Assembly: GCA_951406725.2 (NCBI GenBank)
Contig: OX597826.1
Span: 44,516,001-44,580,000, forward strand
Reading direction: 5' to 3'
Length of the DNA: 64,000 bases
Source of the DNA: Octopus vulgaris
Taxonomy: Eukaryota
A program made the translations under genes and the position numbers. Under the pieces are notes generated by a model, which searched no databases, was not told the DNA's origin, and saw nothing but the letters and a program-made list of their open reading frames with translations. Below are positions 12,823 through 26,885 of the stretch, piece by piece; position 1 is the stretch's first letter, and each line of letters begins with the position of its first letter.

Positions 12823-13690
12823 AAGACGGTGAGCTGGCAGAAACGTTAGCACGCCGGGCGAAATGCGAGCCGTATTTCGTCTGCCGTTACGTTCTGAGTT
12901 CAAATTCCGCCGAGGTCGACTTTGCCTTTCATCCTTTCGGGGTCGATAAATTAAGTACCAGTTACGCACTGAGGTCGATGTAATCGACTTAATACCTATG
13001 TCTGTCCTTGCTTGTCCCCTCTGTGTTTAGCCCCTTGCAGGTAATAAAGTAATAGGTATATTTATTTTGATATGATATATTTGGCTCTCACTTTGTAGTG
13101 GATGATGGCTTTGTAGTGGATGATACGTTCTGAGTTCAAATTCCGCCGAGGTCGACTTTGCCTTTCATCCTTTCGGGGTCGATAAATTAGGTACCAGTTA
13201 CGTACTGAGGTCGAAGTAATCGACTTAATCCATTTGTCTGTCCTTGTTTGTCCTCTCTCTAAGTTTGTGGGTAGTAAAGAAATAGGTATTTCTTCTGAGT
13301 TCTGAGTTCAAATTACGCCAAGGTCGACTTTGCCTTTCATCCTTTCGGAGTCGATAAATTAAGTACCAGTTAGGCACTGGGGTCGATGCAATCGACTTAA
13401 TCCGTTTATCTGTCCTTGTTTGTCCCTTGTGTGTTTAGCCTCTTGTGGGCAATAAAGAATTAAGAATCGTTAGTACGCCGGGAAAAATGCTTAGTGGTAT
13501 TTCGTTCTTCTTTACGTTTTGAGCTCAAATCCCGCCGAGGTCAACTTTGCGTTTCATTCTTAGGGGGATGAATTAAGTACTAGTGTAATCCTTTCGAGGA
13601 TAAAGAGATACTAGTGAAAAACTGAGGTTGATGTAATCGACTAGTCTTCTCCCAACAAATTTTAGGCCTTGTGCTTTTAATAGAAATTAC
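12823..13690 (+). mobile_element. Composite of four head-to-tail SINE family A units
   Basis: Units at ~12823-13060, 13125-13290, 13293-13463 and 13464-13690 each carry GAG(T/C)TCAAAT..CGCC.AGGTC.ACTTTGC. The array is flanked by direct repeat TATTTAACAC (12809-12818, 13691-13700). Confidence 0.88.
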
Positions 13691-14463
13691 TATTTAACAC
13701 AAGCTAAACACTGATTAAGCACACCTATGATCAAGTCAATTCCTGTTCTGAACACTCCTCCTTTGGATGTTTTCTAATGAAAATATACTTTAAATACTTG
13801 GGAATGATGTAAGTTTAATCTAGCAGCTATCTCTTGCAGTATAAGCGACCACATAAAGGAACGTTCCTCGTTGTTGCTGCTGCTGTTATTGTTAAAGCGC
13901 CGTATTGCTAGAAACAGCCATGTCAATATTCTTTTGCTTAGATACCACATGAAAAAAGCAGTAAATATGTGTGGGTTATGTTGTCTAACTCAAATACTTA
14001 ATATTGCTATATATAATCAAAAATAAATGCTTCTAAATGTTTTTGACGTAGACATTGCATAAAATAAATATTATTTATGGTTATTATACTTATTCATGCT
14101 TATACTTTTAACATAGATACACTCCCTCTACTTAGCATCAATTTTCACTTTTCAGTATGAAAGGATTTGAGTTATCATCATCGGTATGGATCCTCAACAT
14201 TTGTTTTCCCCCACCTTTTCTCCAGCAATGTTCGTTTATCTGCGAATGGGCTTTGTTATGTTGGAAGACAACCAGAGGAATGAAATTACTTTGTGTTTTA
14301 CGAAATAACGTTCGTCCTTAACTTTAATCTTCTGAAAGCGTTAGAGGTAATATTTTAGTTCTACTGGGATATAGTTGATTCTCCGTCATAAATATTGATT
14401 GTGTCTCTTAGTTTGTCACAGCAATAACATTACACTATAGCTACCACAGATCGTCAAATAGAA

Positions 14464-14600
14464 TGCAGGTATGGCTATGAGGTTAAGAAGCTCACTTTGC
14501 AACCAGGCTGACTCGGTTTAAATCCCACTATGCTGCACCTTGAGTGAGTGACTTCCCTTTGGTAGAACGAAACTGCTGGAAGTCTATCGTATATATATAT
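14464..14600 (+). mobile_element. Truncated SINE family B head
   Basis: GCAGGTATGGCTATGAGGTTAAGAAGCT...GGTTTAAATCCCACT...TTTGGTAGA. Confidence 0.55.
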
Positions 14601-15145
14601 ACGACAGTTATATAAGTTTGTGTTTGGGCATCTGTTGTGCATCAATAGAAAATTGAAAAAATTGGAGTCAACAAGGAGTACGACTGAACACTGAACATTT
14701 ATTTTTCAATCGCAACCATCGTTTCTACGCAATGTAGTTATCCAGGGGTAAAAGTATATGATTTCGTAAGCGTTTCCCTGTATTATGAGATCTAGTTGTG
14801 TTTCCTCAGGTGATATGTAAACATTGTCACCGTAAGCTCAAATTCTCGGCTTCAAGAACACCCTTTCCGTCTGTCGCGGCCTGAATTTATTAGTATTCAC
14901 TGAGTTCATCAAAGTGTGTTGTTGCTGAAGGAACGTTGACAAACTGCTTTGAAAGTATAGATGTAGTAAGATGGTCATTCTGCTACTGTTAAAGCGGTTG
15001 TTGTTTTAAATAGATTGGAATTTGCTTTCTGTATACTGTACATTTGTTCTTCATGGTTGGTTACACATGCGACTGCTCTTAGCTGACTTTTAGGAATCGG
15101 CCTAGACATACATAAACGCATACACACAGATACATACGCAGACAC

Positions 15146-15147
<2 letters not shown>

Positions 15148-15176
<29 letters not shown>

Positions 15177-15217
15177 TGTATGTATGTATGTATGTATGTA
15201 TGTATGTATGTATGTAT
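15148..15217. repeat. (ATGT)n microsatellite
   Basis: Perfect tetranucleotide tract that resumes at 15799-15840 after the RTE fragment. Confidence 0.95.
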
Positions 15218-15800
15218 GTTGTTATCGTCACTGAAGGCTTCCTTAAGAGATGATTTCATCTCTCCTGACACATGGGAAGGCAGAGCTATTGATCGTAGCA
15301 GGTGGAGAAGGATTGTGGACGAGGGGACAGCTACTTTTGAGAAATCTCGAGTTGCACATGAGAAAGTAAAGAGGATGTCAGGAAGGGCATCGCAGTTACA
15401 CTTCCAGATGAGAAGGGTCTTCCTATGATGCTGACATGCAGTCTCTGTGCAAGACCCTGCCTCAGTAAAGCTGGACTCAAGAGTCATCTTCGTAGTCATA
15501 AAGAGAGACAGATGAGTGACAACCTGGCCACTGGTGGTGGTGTAACACACCATACTAATCCTTTCTGTCAGGCATGTAGAAGAGAGTGTAATTCGGCAGA
15601 AGGCCTTAAACGACATGCAAAGGTATATAAAGCCCAGTTACAACTACAGCCGGCTATTACTGGCAAAGGTTTTAGCTGTCAATTCTTTACAAGACATTGT
15701 AGATATTTGGCTGGGCTAAAAAGTCACATTCGATCACAGCACCAATAACAGTTAAGCTTCGTGCAATGGCCATACTCGATAATGAGGGGGCAGCCATCAT
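15218..15800 (+). mobile_element. 5'-truncated RTE-clade LINE 3' end with three C2H2 zinc fingers
   Basis: LKASLRDDFISPDTWEGRAIDRSRWRRIVDEGTATFE is a typical RTE C-terminus. After a frameshift at ~15372 come CSLCARPCLSKAGLKSHLRSH, CQACRRECNSAEGLKRHAKVY and CQFFTRHCRYLAGLKSHIRSQH. A short 3' UTR runs into (ATGT)n. Confidence 0.82.
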
Positions 15801-16515
15801 GTATGTATGTATGTTTGTATGTATGTATGTATGTATGTATATATATATATATATATGGAAGAGGGCTGGTGATCTTGAGTGTGAGTGTGTGTGTGGATGT
15901 GTAGGTGTGAAAATGTGGGGATGGTAAGTGGCCAGTGCTAGTGTGTGCGTGGTGGTGTGTTGTGATGTGATGTGTTGTGTTTGTTTGTACCTTCTCGAGC
16001 CATGCCTGACTCATAAGTACCGGTTTCCAACGATCTAATCAAGAAAAATAGTTAAAGAATATAAGGTATTAAAATGATGCATTGAAAGTACAATGCACGA
16101 TATTTTAAGCATTTCGTCATATGATTGACTAAAACTTTCCGTCAGGTGATATTCTACTGTCTGAGAAATATTATAATGATAGCTGGAGTTTCAGAGTTAG
16201 TTGCTCGTCAGTCAAGAAATAACTACTTATCACGGTCTATACTTGGTTATTCGTATCTTCAATCAGGGCATGGACTTCACTAAAATTTCATATAAATCCT
16301 AGTACGCCATGAACAGAATATATTCCTGATATCCATGCGATAATGAAGCTAGCAAACAAAGCTAAACTGTTGTCTTGATTAACGATAATATTCATAATAT
16401 ATGCAGCATAGCTAGCTCTTCTTGAGCGAGATCTAAAAAATTTGATCTTAAATAGGAAGTGACGCATAATATATTTCTCTCACCTGATAAAAGAATAAGT
16501 TATGATATTGTTTAG

Positions 16516-16583
<68 letters not shown>

Positions 16584-17696
16584 AAACGAAGAAAGAATGA
16601 TGAATGAAAAGAAAATATAAGCTCCTTAACTATGTTTACGAAAGTAATATTCTTGTTTTGAAGTTTAGAATTTCACATAATCGAAACCAGAGTCGACAGC
16701 TATTACAAGTACACACACACACATACACACTCACACACACACAAACACAAACACATACACACACACACACAAACACACACATACACACTCACACACGCTC
16801 ACATCTACAGACACTTACAAACACGCACACATACGTAGCCCACACATGAACACACAAGCACTCCAACACGCATATCATATTCTATTATTTATAATGGTAT
16901 ATGCATATATCCCATCACCGAGTGCATATTTTTATATGAGACACAAAGATTAACTGATATGAATTCACGCACACACGCCATTAAATTGTATTATTTATTA
17001 TGGTATATACGAATATCTCATATCTGAATTGTATATTTTATACTAGAGGAGACAAAGATAAGAAGATATGCACTTACAGAAGTGCACCCCAATGATGTGA
17101 TGTACATATATTATTATTTCTTGTATTAAATTGAAAAGCTAGAAAGAAACATTTCAACGTTCTTTTGTATTCCAACTGAGACTCACTTGGAAATTCTCGA
17201 AATGTATAAATCTGATTTTATTTACTTGTCACATTTTGTACATGGGCTCGCCTGCTCCACTAAGGAAACGGCTTATAAATATGCAGTAGATGCTGCTTGT
17301 TCGTAATCGACATCAATATAAAATAAGTTTGGTAAATAAGTTCTAAGAAGCCGATTGAAGAAATCTTGGTCACTTAACTTGCAGAATAAATCACACAAAC
17401 ACAGATTAAGCAGTCGAGGCAATCATTTATAAGAACAAAAGATAAATATTTATCAAGTAAAACGTTTTTAATCAACGTGAATCACGAAAGGAATATATAT
17501 TTCCTCAACTGAATTTGCATAACTGTTCAAGTTAAACGTTTTCTCTAAATTGAATGGATAGAAAATTATTTTAATAACTTAAGAAAATATTAAACGTTGT
17601 TTACCAACAGTTTATTAACACGTTTACATGTGTGTATGCAATGGAGAGACAGTGTGTGTACGTGTGTGTTTGTATGTGAGCATGTATATTCATACG

Positions 17697-17727
<31 letters not shown>

Positions 17728-18468
17728 AATGTTTTCTATCTATGTCTATATTAAATATGATAGAATGGAAACACTCGCATAAGCATAGGCTATTTGCTGA
17801 AGTGATTGTTAAAGCATTATTTATCATGTTCGTAAACTAATATATAAATTGCATATTTTTACTGAATAATTTGAAAGCTTTGCTTTTAATTCCTCTTTAC
17901 AAATAAAGCTGAACACACAATTTTAATCTTATTAATTATAATTTCATAACTCCCAGCGTCAATAAACAGCGCAAAATGAAATAAGAAGTTTTATTTAAAA
18001 TACATTTTAGTGAAGAAAGAATGCAGTATCCATAGCACTTTACAGAGCCTCCTAGAACGCTCGGGGGTTGGCAGGAAGGTGTTTTCAAGTCGGATACCTG
18101 TCTCAATTACTACTAATTAAGGACACTCCGCTAAACGGCACAACACATACCAGTTGGTGATGTAGAAGTAACAAATAATTTTATCAGTTATGTTGGCAAT
18201 AATAAGCTTTGAAATCAGATGGAAAAGACCAGAACAGCTATCATAAAGCACCCAGCTGTACGGAATTACAGTCCTAGAAACATTTTAACTCAGTGATCAG
18301 GGATTAGAAGCAGACACTACCATGGATTCTATTCGTCATTCTAACGACTCTATCAGTTCACTGGCTCTAACAAAGAAAAAAAAACGAAAACAAAAAGGAA
18401 AAAAAGGAAAACCGATTGTTAAACAAAGCATTCTCTAACATTTTGCTATGACTGCGCGGAAATTTACT

Positions 18469-18878
18469 TACTCTTTACTCTTTTACTCTTTTACTTGTTT
18501 CAGTCATTTGACTGCGGCCATGCTGGAGAACCACCTTTAATCGAGCAACTCGACACCGGGACTTATTCTTTTGTAAGCCCAGTACTTATTCTATCGGTCT
18601 CTTTTGCCGAACCGCTAAGTGACGGGGACATAAACACACCAGCATCGGTTGTCAAGCAATGCTAGGGGGCAATCACAGACACACAAACACACACACGCAT
18701 ATATATACATATATACAACGGGCTTCTTTCAGTTTCCGTCTACCAAATCCACTCACAAGGCATTGGTTGGCCCGAGGCTATAGTAGAAGACACTTGCCCA
18801 AGGTGCCACGTAGTGGGACTGAACCCGGAACCATGTGGTTGGTAAACAAGCTACTTACCACACAGCCACTCCTGCGCC
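18469..18878 (-). mobile_element. Full-length SINE family B (tRNA-derived)
   Basis: Minus strand begins GGCGCAGGAG, with A box TGGCTGTGTGG, B box GGTTCAGTCCC, internal (TA)/(TG) tract and tail (AAAAGAGT)n. Confidence 0.92.
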
Positions 18879-19614
18879 TACTTGCGTGCAAAGTTTGTCT
18901 TTCTTGGCAAAGTAAGGGTGCATCTAACATAACAACCGTCGCACAAGTTTCTTCAGTTGAGGAAATTAGATTTCATCTTGATAACCTTGTACTCGCACAT
19001 TTCTACCTTTCACTATTTGTAAAACGTGTGCACGCGAACAAGCGCACATCTGTATTGCTAATGATGTGCTCATTCGTTCTGGTGATGTTGTAGAGATTTA
19101 TACTCATGTGACAAAGAGTTTGATCAAATTATCCATTGTATGATTTATCTGAATTCGCTGGAACGAAACATATTCCGTAATTTTGATTTTTATATTAACT
19201 TATGAATGGTTTTATTCTTAGTTTAAAAACATCAATTATCAAATTATTCTAGAGTGTTGCGAGTCAGTTATAGTTTCGGTTAAGTCAAGCACATAAGAAA
19301 TATAAACTGGAGAAATACTTTTCAAAACGATACGAAAAATTTTGAACATTTAAGATACACGTAAATGCATTAATGGAAATTTACCGACGATAAAACATAC
19401 AGGACAAAACATTATTTGATTATTTAGTTATCACGTAGACAAAGGTTTGGAATAAATATACATCATGTTGTTGGATAATCCATTGAGAGAAAATTTGAAT
19501 TGTAGTTTGAGACTAAATATATTTTGACACGATATTTTACTTCCGAATTTTATTTGGATTTATGTATATAGAAAAATTGCGGCGGGTAATGACAGTCTTT
19601 GGTAATGTGATTTA

Positions 19615-19620
19615 TATACA

Positions 19621-19654
<34 letters not shown>

Positions 19655-19659
19655 CATAC

Positions 19660-19731
<72 letters not shown>

Positions 19732-19765
19732 TTATATATATATATACATATATACATACATATGT
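19615..19765. repeat. (TACA)n-(TA)n compound microsatellite
   Basis: Direct reading. Confidence 0.95.
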
Positions 19766-20039
19766 GTATCTGTCTATGTTATTTTATTGTTGATGCATAT
19801 TGGCAACAACACAATATCTTGGCAAATTCAGCGAAAGGAGAATATTAATTATTGATTATCTAACATTTGGAAATCGTGTTCAATGTGATAGAATATTCTA
19901 AAGAATTTATATAAAAACGTTTCCAAATATTTGAATGTATCTGTTACATTAGTCTTTCATTCATAAGGTGAGAGCTGTCAATGACCCTTCACAAGTCTTC
20001 TTCGATTAATTGTAGGGGGATGAAAGAAGGTACCTAAAA

Positions 20040-20820
20040 TTTGGGTCCAAGTCTGGACGCTTGCAACTGAATGGACTCCGCTAAAGACACCCAAGATATC
20101 AGGTGGTGGTGTTGACCAGGACTGTTTCGTTTCAGCAGCCTCATTGAAAAAAATTCAAAGATTGAAAACATATAATATAAAATAATATTAATCAATCTAT
20201 TTCTACCGATTAATTGATTGATTGTAAGAGCGGCTGCTTCTGTAAGTTCCAGGAATCTAGAGGAGAGAAGAAATTGGTGAATGGTTACATAAGATATCAG
20301 TAATATAACTTGTTCAGAAATCAGCTCTTGTTGCATCTACTCTAGGGCAAATAGAACCGATCGTTAAATGCTAGTTGAGCGATAAGTTAACTGAATGATT
20401 ATTATAATTGGCTCATTGGAAGTTTGAATTGCTCCTAGACCTTGAAAAGTCAAATATTTCAAGAAATCATTTATAACTGCAAGTTATTGATTTCTCTTTC
20501 ATAGCAAGCAGCAATAAATCAATAACAGCAGTGAGATTCAAGGAAGAAATATTTCATGTATAAATTTTCCCGGACATTTTCTGTGTAAATGGCAACCCAC
20601 TGAAATACAAATCAAATTTTCTTCACTTGATGGAGTCCATCTAGCAAAAGGACAATCATTTCCTCAACTATCATGTCTAAATAGAGAAAGTTATTTTAGT
20701 TAGTTGATGGTTGTTAGGATTGCCATTAGTCATTTCTTTGATAAAATTTCATTCTTCCTAAACAAGCTGATCATTTCAAATGAATTCTTTGTAACAGCAG
20801 ACTAAAATTTATTTAAACTT
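20040..20820 (-). pseudogene. Possible degraded hAT transposase C-terminal remnant
   Basis: Weak resemblances MQQELISEQ, SRFLELTEAA and PDI..SLAESIQLQAS to hAT dimerisation-region motifs. Confidence 0.3.
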
Positions 20821-21444
20821 AATTTTGAGCAACAACTTTTATAAATTTTTCGAGTGGTGAAAAGTTGTAAACTTTGAAGGATGATAATTTAAATACATAA
20901 AAATATGAAGAACGATAAAAGGTCAGAAGAGTTAACGCTATATATTGCTTAGTAAGGAAGATTCCATTTCGACCTCGAGAGACACTGTTGAGTGATATTT
21001 ATCTGGAGAAACATTGAGATTACGTAAGTGATAAATATCAAACAGTATAAGAAAACCAGAAATGTTAAAATATAATATTCTAAACTGGAGATATTGGTTC
21101 AATTTGGGTTAATTTTTATTTTTTCGGATTCTATTATATACGTTCTCACTTATCATCGAATATTTACAAATATAACACGTATACTCCTGAGAAAAAAATC
21201 TATTTTTACTTTAGGCAATATATATATTACGTTGCACTCTGTCTACACTAACTCCCTGATACGTAACATACTACTCTTAAACTTTCTATCCAAACCTCAT
21301 AGGATTGTGTAACATTTACATCATGTTTTTGAGAAAAAAATCTAATAAATCATTAATAGCATTATGACAATAGCTGGAAAAATGGCCGAGCTGTCAAAAT
21401 CGTTAAAGACTGATAAAATGCTATGCATATTTCTTCTCGGTAAA

Positions 21445-21680
21445 GGCGCGTGCGCTAGTGGTTAGCGTGTTGCAGTCATGATTGCAGGATCGGGGTTTCG
21501 ATTTCCAGACCAAGTCGTGAGTTGTCTTCTTGAGTAAAATTCTTTATTTTAGATTGTTCCATTTCACTCAGGTGTAAATGAGTAAGATTGCGACTGACAA
21601 GCGTCTCGTTCAAGCGGAATGTTGTAATCTCGATCACTTATACGCCATCGGCCTTGTGACTCTTAAGACCCGCAACAGAA
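21445..21680 (+). mobile_element. Degenerate tRNA-derived SINE (family C)
   Basis: GGCGCGTG-GCTAGTGGTTAG A box, GTTTCGATTTCC B box, then TTCTTGAGTAAAA...CACTCAGGTGTAAATGAGTA. The head is related to 49625 and ~6450. Confidence 0.55.
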
Positions 21681-22125
21681 ATTCAGTCGGGTCTACCTGA
21701 AGAAGAAGAAAAATTTACCACATTAAAAGACTCACTGATGCACTGTCTTTTGCCCTTCGTCAAAATCCAACGGGAACAAAATAAAGAATATCTCTAAGAC
21801 AATAAACTATTTCAAAGATATCTTAAATAAATTACGACCATCTTTTCCTTTACTTGATGAAGTCATTGCTTTGTGGCCATGCTGGGGCTATCTAGAAAAA
21901 AATTGATAACACGCTAGGTTCTACCGGTATTTGAACCAACGTAAAAAAAACAAAAACAGGGACTAGTTCATTGCTTTCGACAGGTAAAATTTGTTGTATT
22001 ATTAGCTTATTGCATACATGATATATTAACAAATATATAGCTAGAGGGAGATTTCGGAGATTTTGAGATGCCGGCTAAACAACGTTATGTTAGATTGTTT
22101 GTCCCACTTTTAGGACATACGTTCG

Positions 22126-22159
<34 letters not shown>

Positions 22160-22241
22160 CGAGTATAAATATACATACGATAATAGTATTATAAGTATTC
22201 ATATAAACATATATATAAGTGTATATGTATGTATGTATATG

Positions 22242-22285
<44 letters not shown>

Positions 22286-24606
22286 TGTATGTATGTATAT
22301 GTATGTATATATATATTTATATATATGTATATATATATATAATGATTGATAGGTATATGTGTGTGTGTGTCTGTCTGTGTTTGTGTGTATTTGTGTATTA
22401 AGGCTGCAATTAGTTTCATGTTAAGGAAAACATGTTAATATCTGAAAGAATTATTCAAACCAATCGCACGGAGTATGATGTTTGTTTCCATTTGGAATGG
22501 AATACGAAAAATCTCGGGAATTCACAAAAAACACTCGTAAAGAAAACAGCAAACCATTGGCCCTACTATAGGATGACACCTTTTGAGTGATTATTTCCCC
22601 CGGATATTTCTTTTGAGGAAAAACCAAGTTGGATTGTAAATTCGTTTGCATTATATTATATACTGTGTACATATGATCTTCTACTGTGTGTGTGCTGAGA
22701 GAGTTCATCAAGGGAGAAAGTATCTTGTATGTGGGAAATTCGTATGTTGTATATATTCAATGTTCACATCCAGAGAAATAACCTATATCGTTGGGGATGG
22801 TGGAGTGGGTGGCGGTTCTTCTTTGAAATGTCAGACTATCGGAAAGACGGGCAACTCATTCAGGGAAAGAAACACACAACAGGATGAAAGAAATTTTATC
22901 CACCAATGGGTGTTGAACACTCATTCTCATTGTTCGACTAGAACTCTCACACATACTCACCTTGTCTCTGATGACTGAATACCCAGTGTACGGACATGCT
23001 AGCCTATCACTTGGGATATCCCAGAAACAGCTGAACGACTGCAAATTCCCCTCACCCTAAATTATTGTAAATGATTTGAGATAACTTGTCCTGCCTTGGT
23101 TTTGTTGTCATTTCCGCTAATATATATATATATATATATCTTAATAAATCGTTTGAATGAATTTAATATATATTATTTCTCTCTTTTTAATGGGGCTCAG
23201 GAACAAAATGTTGATGTAAGATGCAGGCGGTATCACTACATTAAGATGAGTCATATTGCTGATGATATTTTCAGGAAAATATCTCAAAAGGATTTCGAGA
23301 ACACACTTTGCAGTGACGTCACAATACTACTCAGAATGCTAGTATGCTACTCACAGTGACTAATTTATAATTTGTCTGCAGATTCTGTAACACCTGTGCA
23401 TGATTCTAATAGGCTATGTCATTAACTGGAAAGTGTGTTATTTATCTCAACAGTGAAAATTGCTCTTTGTTTTTATTGTTGATTGAACCAACAAAGATAA
23501 AGAGTTAATTCGCTGGCTGTGATTGCAGTGAGGACTTTATCTAAAGCGTTATCCAGACTCCTTCACAATCTAAATAAATACATGTGAATATAACGTAAAC
23601 GATAGAAAAAATGTTAGGAGCAGAAGAATATTTTCTGCGAGACTAGGCTCAGATAACTATGCAATTATGTTTCCACTCGTAAGACATGATATGCATAATC
23701 AAACGAAATAAATTGTTTCAGTGAAATCAGATCTGCAATGAATTCGCATGGAATATATAGATTCTCCGGCATATCTACATCACATTCCATTCGTTTTTAC
23801 TGCGAAAAGATAAACAATATACGACTTGAAAGAAATTGATATATGCGCGGTGAGAAAAATATGTTTATTTACCAATATCATTTCGCAGACAAATCTACAC
23901 TAAGTTGGTTGAAGATAAAACCTCATTCAGAACGCTTTCAATGACACCCACGTAGCATCTTATATATACGAACGACGCGCGCGTATATATACATATTTAA
24001 ATATATATATATATATATAAATATATACACATACATGCATACATATATGTATATATACATGTGTGTGTATGTGTGTATGTATGTATGTATGTATGTATGT
24101 ATGTACGTATGTCTGTCTGTAAGTATATATATATATATGCACGCATAAGCATGCATACCATATAAATCCTTATACACATACACACATATACGTATGTATA
24201 GCTAAATCTGATTATTTACTTATGGATATGTATGTGTTTGTATACATAATAAATATATGTATATGTATGTATACATGGATATATATATATATATGTGTGT
24301 GTGTGTGTATCATGGATAGAGCGCACACATACACAAATCCATAAATAAATATTCATATTAGCTATAAATATATGTGTGTATGTGATTGTGCGTGTGATTG
24401 TGTGTGTGTGTATAAATATTCGGTGCTTCTGCACGTATATATATATATATACATTTAAAAAATTGATATCTACACACGCACTGACAGTGTATGTACATGT
24501 TAGCCTTAATACACACAAATGCTGGAGTCACCGCCGTCTCTTGTAAACTCTGTTGTAAACTCTTGTAAACTCTGTTACTTGTCAAAATACACGCACATAC
24601 ACATAC

Positions 24607-24650
<44 letters not shown>

Positions 24651-25097
24651 GAGAGGAAAAGAAAGAGGCAAGCAAGACAGAGTAATGAAGAAGACAGAGA
24701 GACAAGCAGAGACAGAGATTTATATGTTGATGTCATTGTTCCGTTTCATGCTTGCTTTTCTATACGAAGACCACACACAACATTTAAAGTGTTGTCAAAT
24801 CTTGCTCATACCCACCGTGTAATAGAAAAACATGCCAGTAAGAATCCAGCAGCGAACATATAAACATATTATCAACATGAAAATGGACGTCCGTTAAACA
24901 GATGGTCTCTGTATTATTTTTTCGGCGGCTTTTTTCTTCATTTTGTAAAAAAAAAAAAAGTTTAAAAAAAAGCGTAAACGGTACGTTTTTGCTCTTGACC
25001 TTAACAATATATAGAACGTACTCAGATCTGTAAAGAGAGTATGAGTTCATCCATTGTAAACCAGTTTCCCCTTTCGATGTAATAAAAACAATCTCTT

Positions 25098-25098
<1 letters not shown>

Positions 25099-25164
<66 letters not shown>

Positions 25165-25192
25165 ATAATATACATACATATACATATATATG

Positions 25193-25276
<84 letters not shown>

Positions 25277-25330
25277 CATATATATACATATATATATATA
25301 CGCATATATTATACATATATATATATATAT

Positions 25331-25368
<38 letters not shown>

Positions 25369-25450
25369 GTTGATGTCATACATACATAAACACATGCACA
25401 CACATATATATATGTGTGTATATATTCATATATACATATATGCATACACA
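25099..25450. repeat. Long interrupted (TA)n microsatellite
   Basis: Direct reading. Confidence 0.95.
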
Positions 25451-25697
25451 CAGGTGCGTATATTATACGTGCAAAAAGGAGCGCATGTTTTTATTGCATA
25501 TACTCTATCTATAAAGGAATGGATTTAGACGTGTCTAGGTATAACTAATTTTCTTTTGATGGCGATTTAATGATTGGATGAAAGTACTGCAAAAGCAACA
25601 CTGGTACTTGCTTAGACCATAACCATGGGATAAACGTCCAGTGGCGAGAAAGATAGTATATCTCTGTGGAATAGCTTTTTCGAAATCTAAGTACGCA

Positions 25698-25730
<33 letters not shown>

Positions 25731-26624
25731 TCACGTATGTATTGGATAAGAAAATGACCGTCCCCAAATATAACTACATATATATGCGTATGTGAGTGTG
25801 TGTGTGTGTGTTTGTTTATGTATACATATGTATCGAATGTATAAGTGTTTATATATGTATATATACTGCTGTCGTGTGTTTGTACTCAGATAATTCTCAG
25901 GTGCCACCTAAAAAAACAGACAATAGAAAAAGGAGAATTTTAATGAGAAACGTGATATTGGCTATTTTCATTTATTCTTTAACGCTAGAAATTTTATTAC
26001 TTCTTCATCAATTATTTACAAAGGAACTAAACTACAAGTGATCTTGTTTTTATGAGTTTCTCTTTTTCTGATAGAAATCTTATTCCCACCTTTTATATAT
26101 GTATATATATATATATATATATGAATGCATATATGTGTGTATGTGTGTACATATATTTATGTATATGTAAGGTCATTTATGGCAACCCTGTCTCAATTGT
26201 TTATCTAACGTAGTCTCAGCATAGTTTCATCTTCATGTAAGCTACACACGAATGTCGCCCTGTGAGTGGTTTGCATTTGGTAGGGGAGATAATTTTTTTG
26301 TTGTTGTTCTTTTATGTACCCTTTTATGCACTGAAGTATGGTTTTTGTGTCTAACTATAAAGCGAATGACAAAGCTGCAGCAAAAATATAAAAATCAAAA
26401 GAAGCAAATATTTACACGGGAAGGGTGAAAGATGGAAGACATTAAAAAAACATCAATCATTGTTTCATTAGAACATTATCTATTAGAACATAGAACATTT
26501 TTTTTCTTCTTTTAAACACAAAAAATGTATTATTCTTATGAAGTCGATAATGTATATGATCATATACATATACAAACAAACACAAACACCCACACACAGA
26601 TATGTGTATGTACGCACGAGTCTA

Positions 26625-26668
26625 TCTATACATGTATATATATATATAAATATACACGTATATAAGTT

Positions 26669-26727
<59 letters not shown>

Positions 26728-26735
26728 GTATATAT

Positions 26736-26812
<77 letters not shown>

Positions 26813-26885
26813 TGTGTATATATATTTATATGTTTATATGCGTGTGTGTATTAATGCATGCATGTATGTATATATATGTATAGTT
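26625..26885. repeat. Interrupted (TA)n microsatellite
   Basis: Direct reading. Confidence 0.95.

Noticed and set aside
12823-13690. CRISPR-like repeat array
   Set aside because: The units are 165-240-bp SINE copies without unique spacers; the context is eukaryotic and there are no cas genes.
14716-14748. Third hammerhead-like motif on the minus strand (CTGGATAACTACATTGCGTAGAAACGAT)
   Set aside because: The core departs too far from CUGANGA and stem I is unconvincing.
15425-15748. Host C2H2 zinc-finger gene (also 60027-60365)
   Set aside because: Continuous with an RTE C-terminal motif, lacks TGEKP linkers, has degenerate ligands and ends in a LINE-type tail.
17274-17280. TATAAAT promoter candidate
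   Set aside because: Expected by chance in AT-rich DNA, and no downstream exon or ORF supports it.
18800-18878. tRNA genes at SINE heads
   Set aside because: A/B boxes are present, but each continues into a SINE body and no convincing cloverleaf forms.
25047-25528. Many [14 protein letters not shown] ORFs here and at 22068, 26483, 39873, 42438, 48743, 52321 and 58422
   Set aside because: These are translations of stop-free dinucleotide and tetranucleotide microsatellites.
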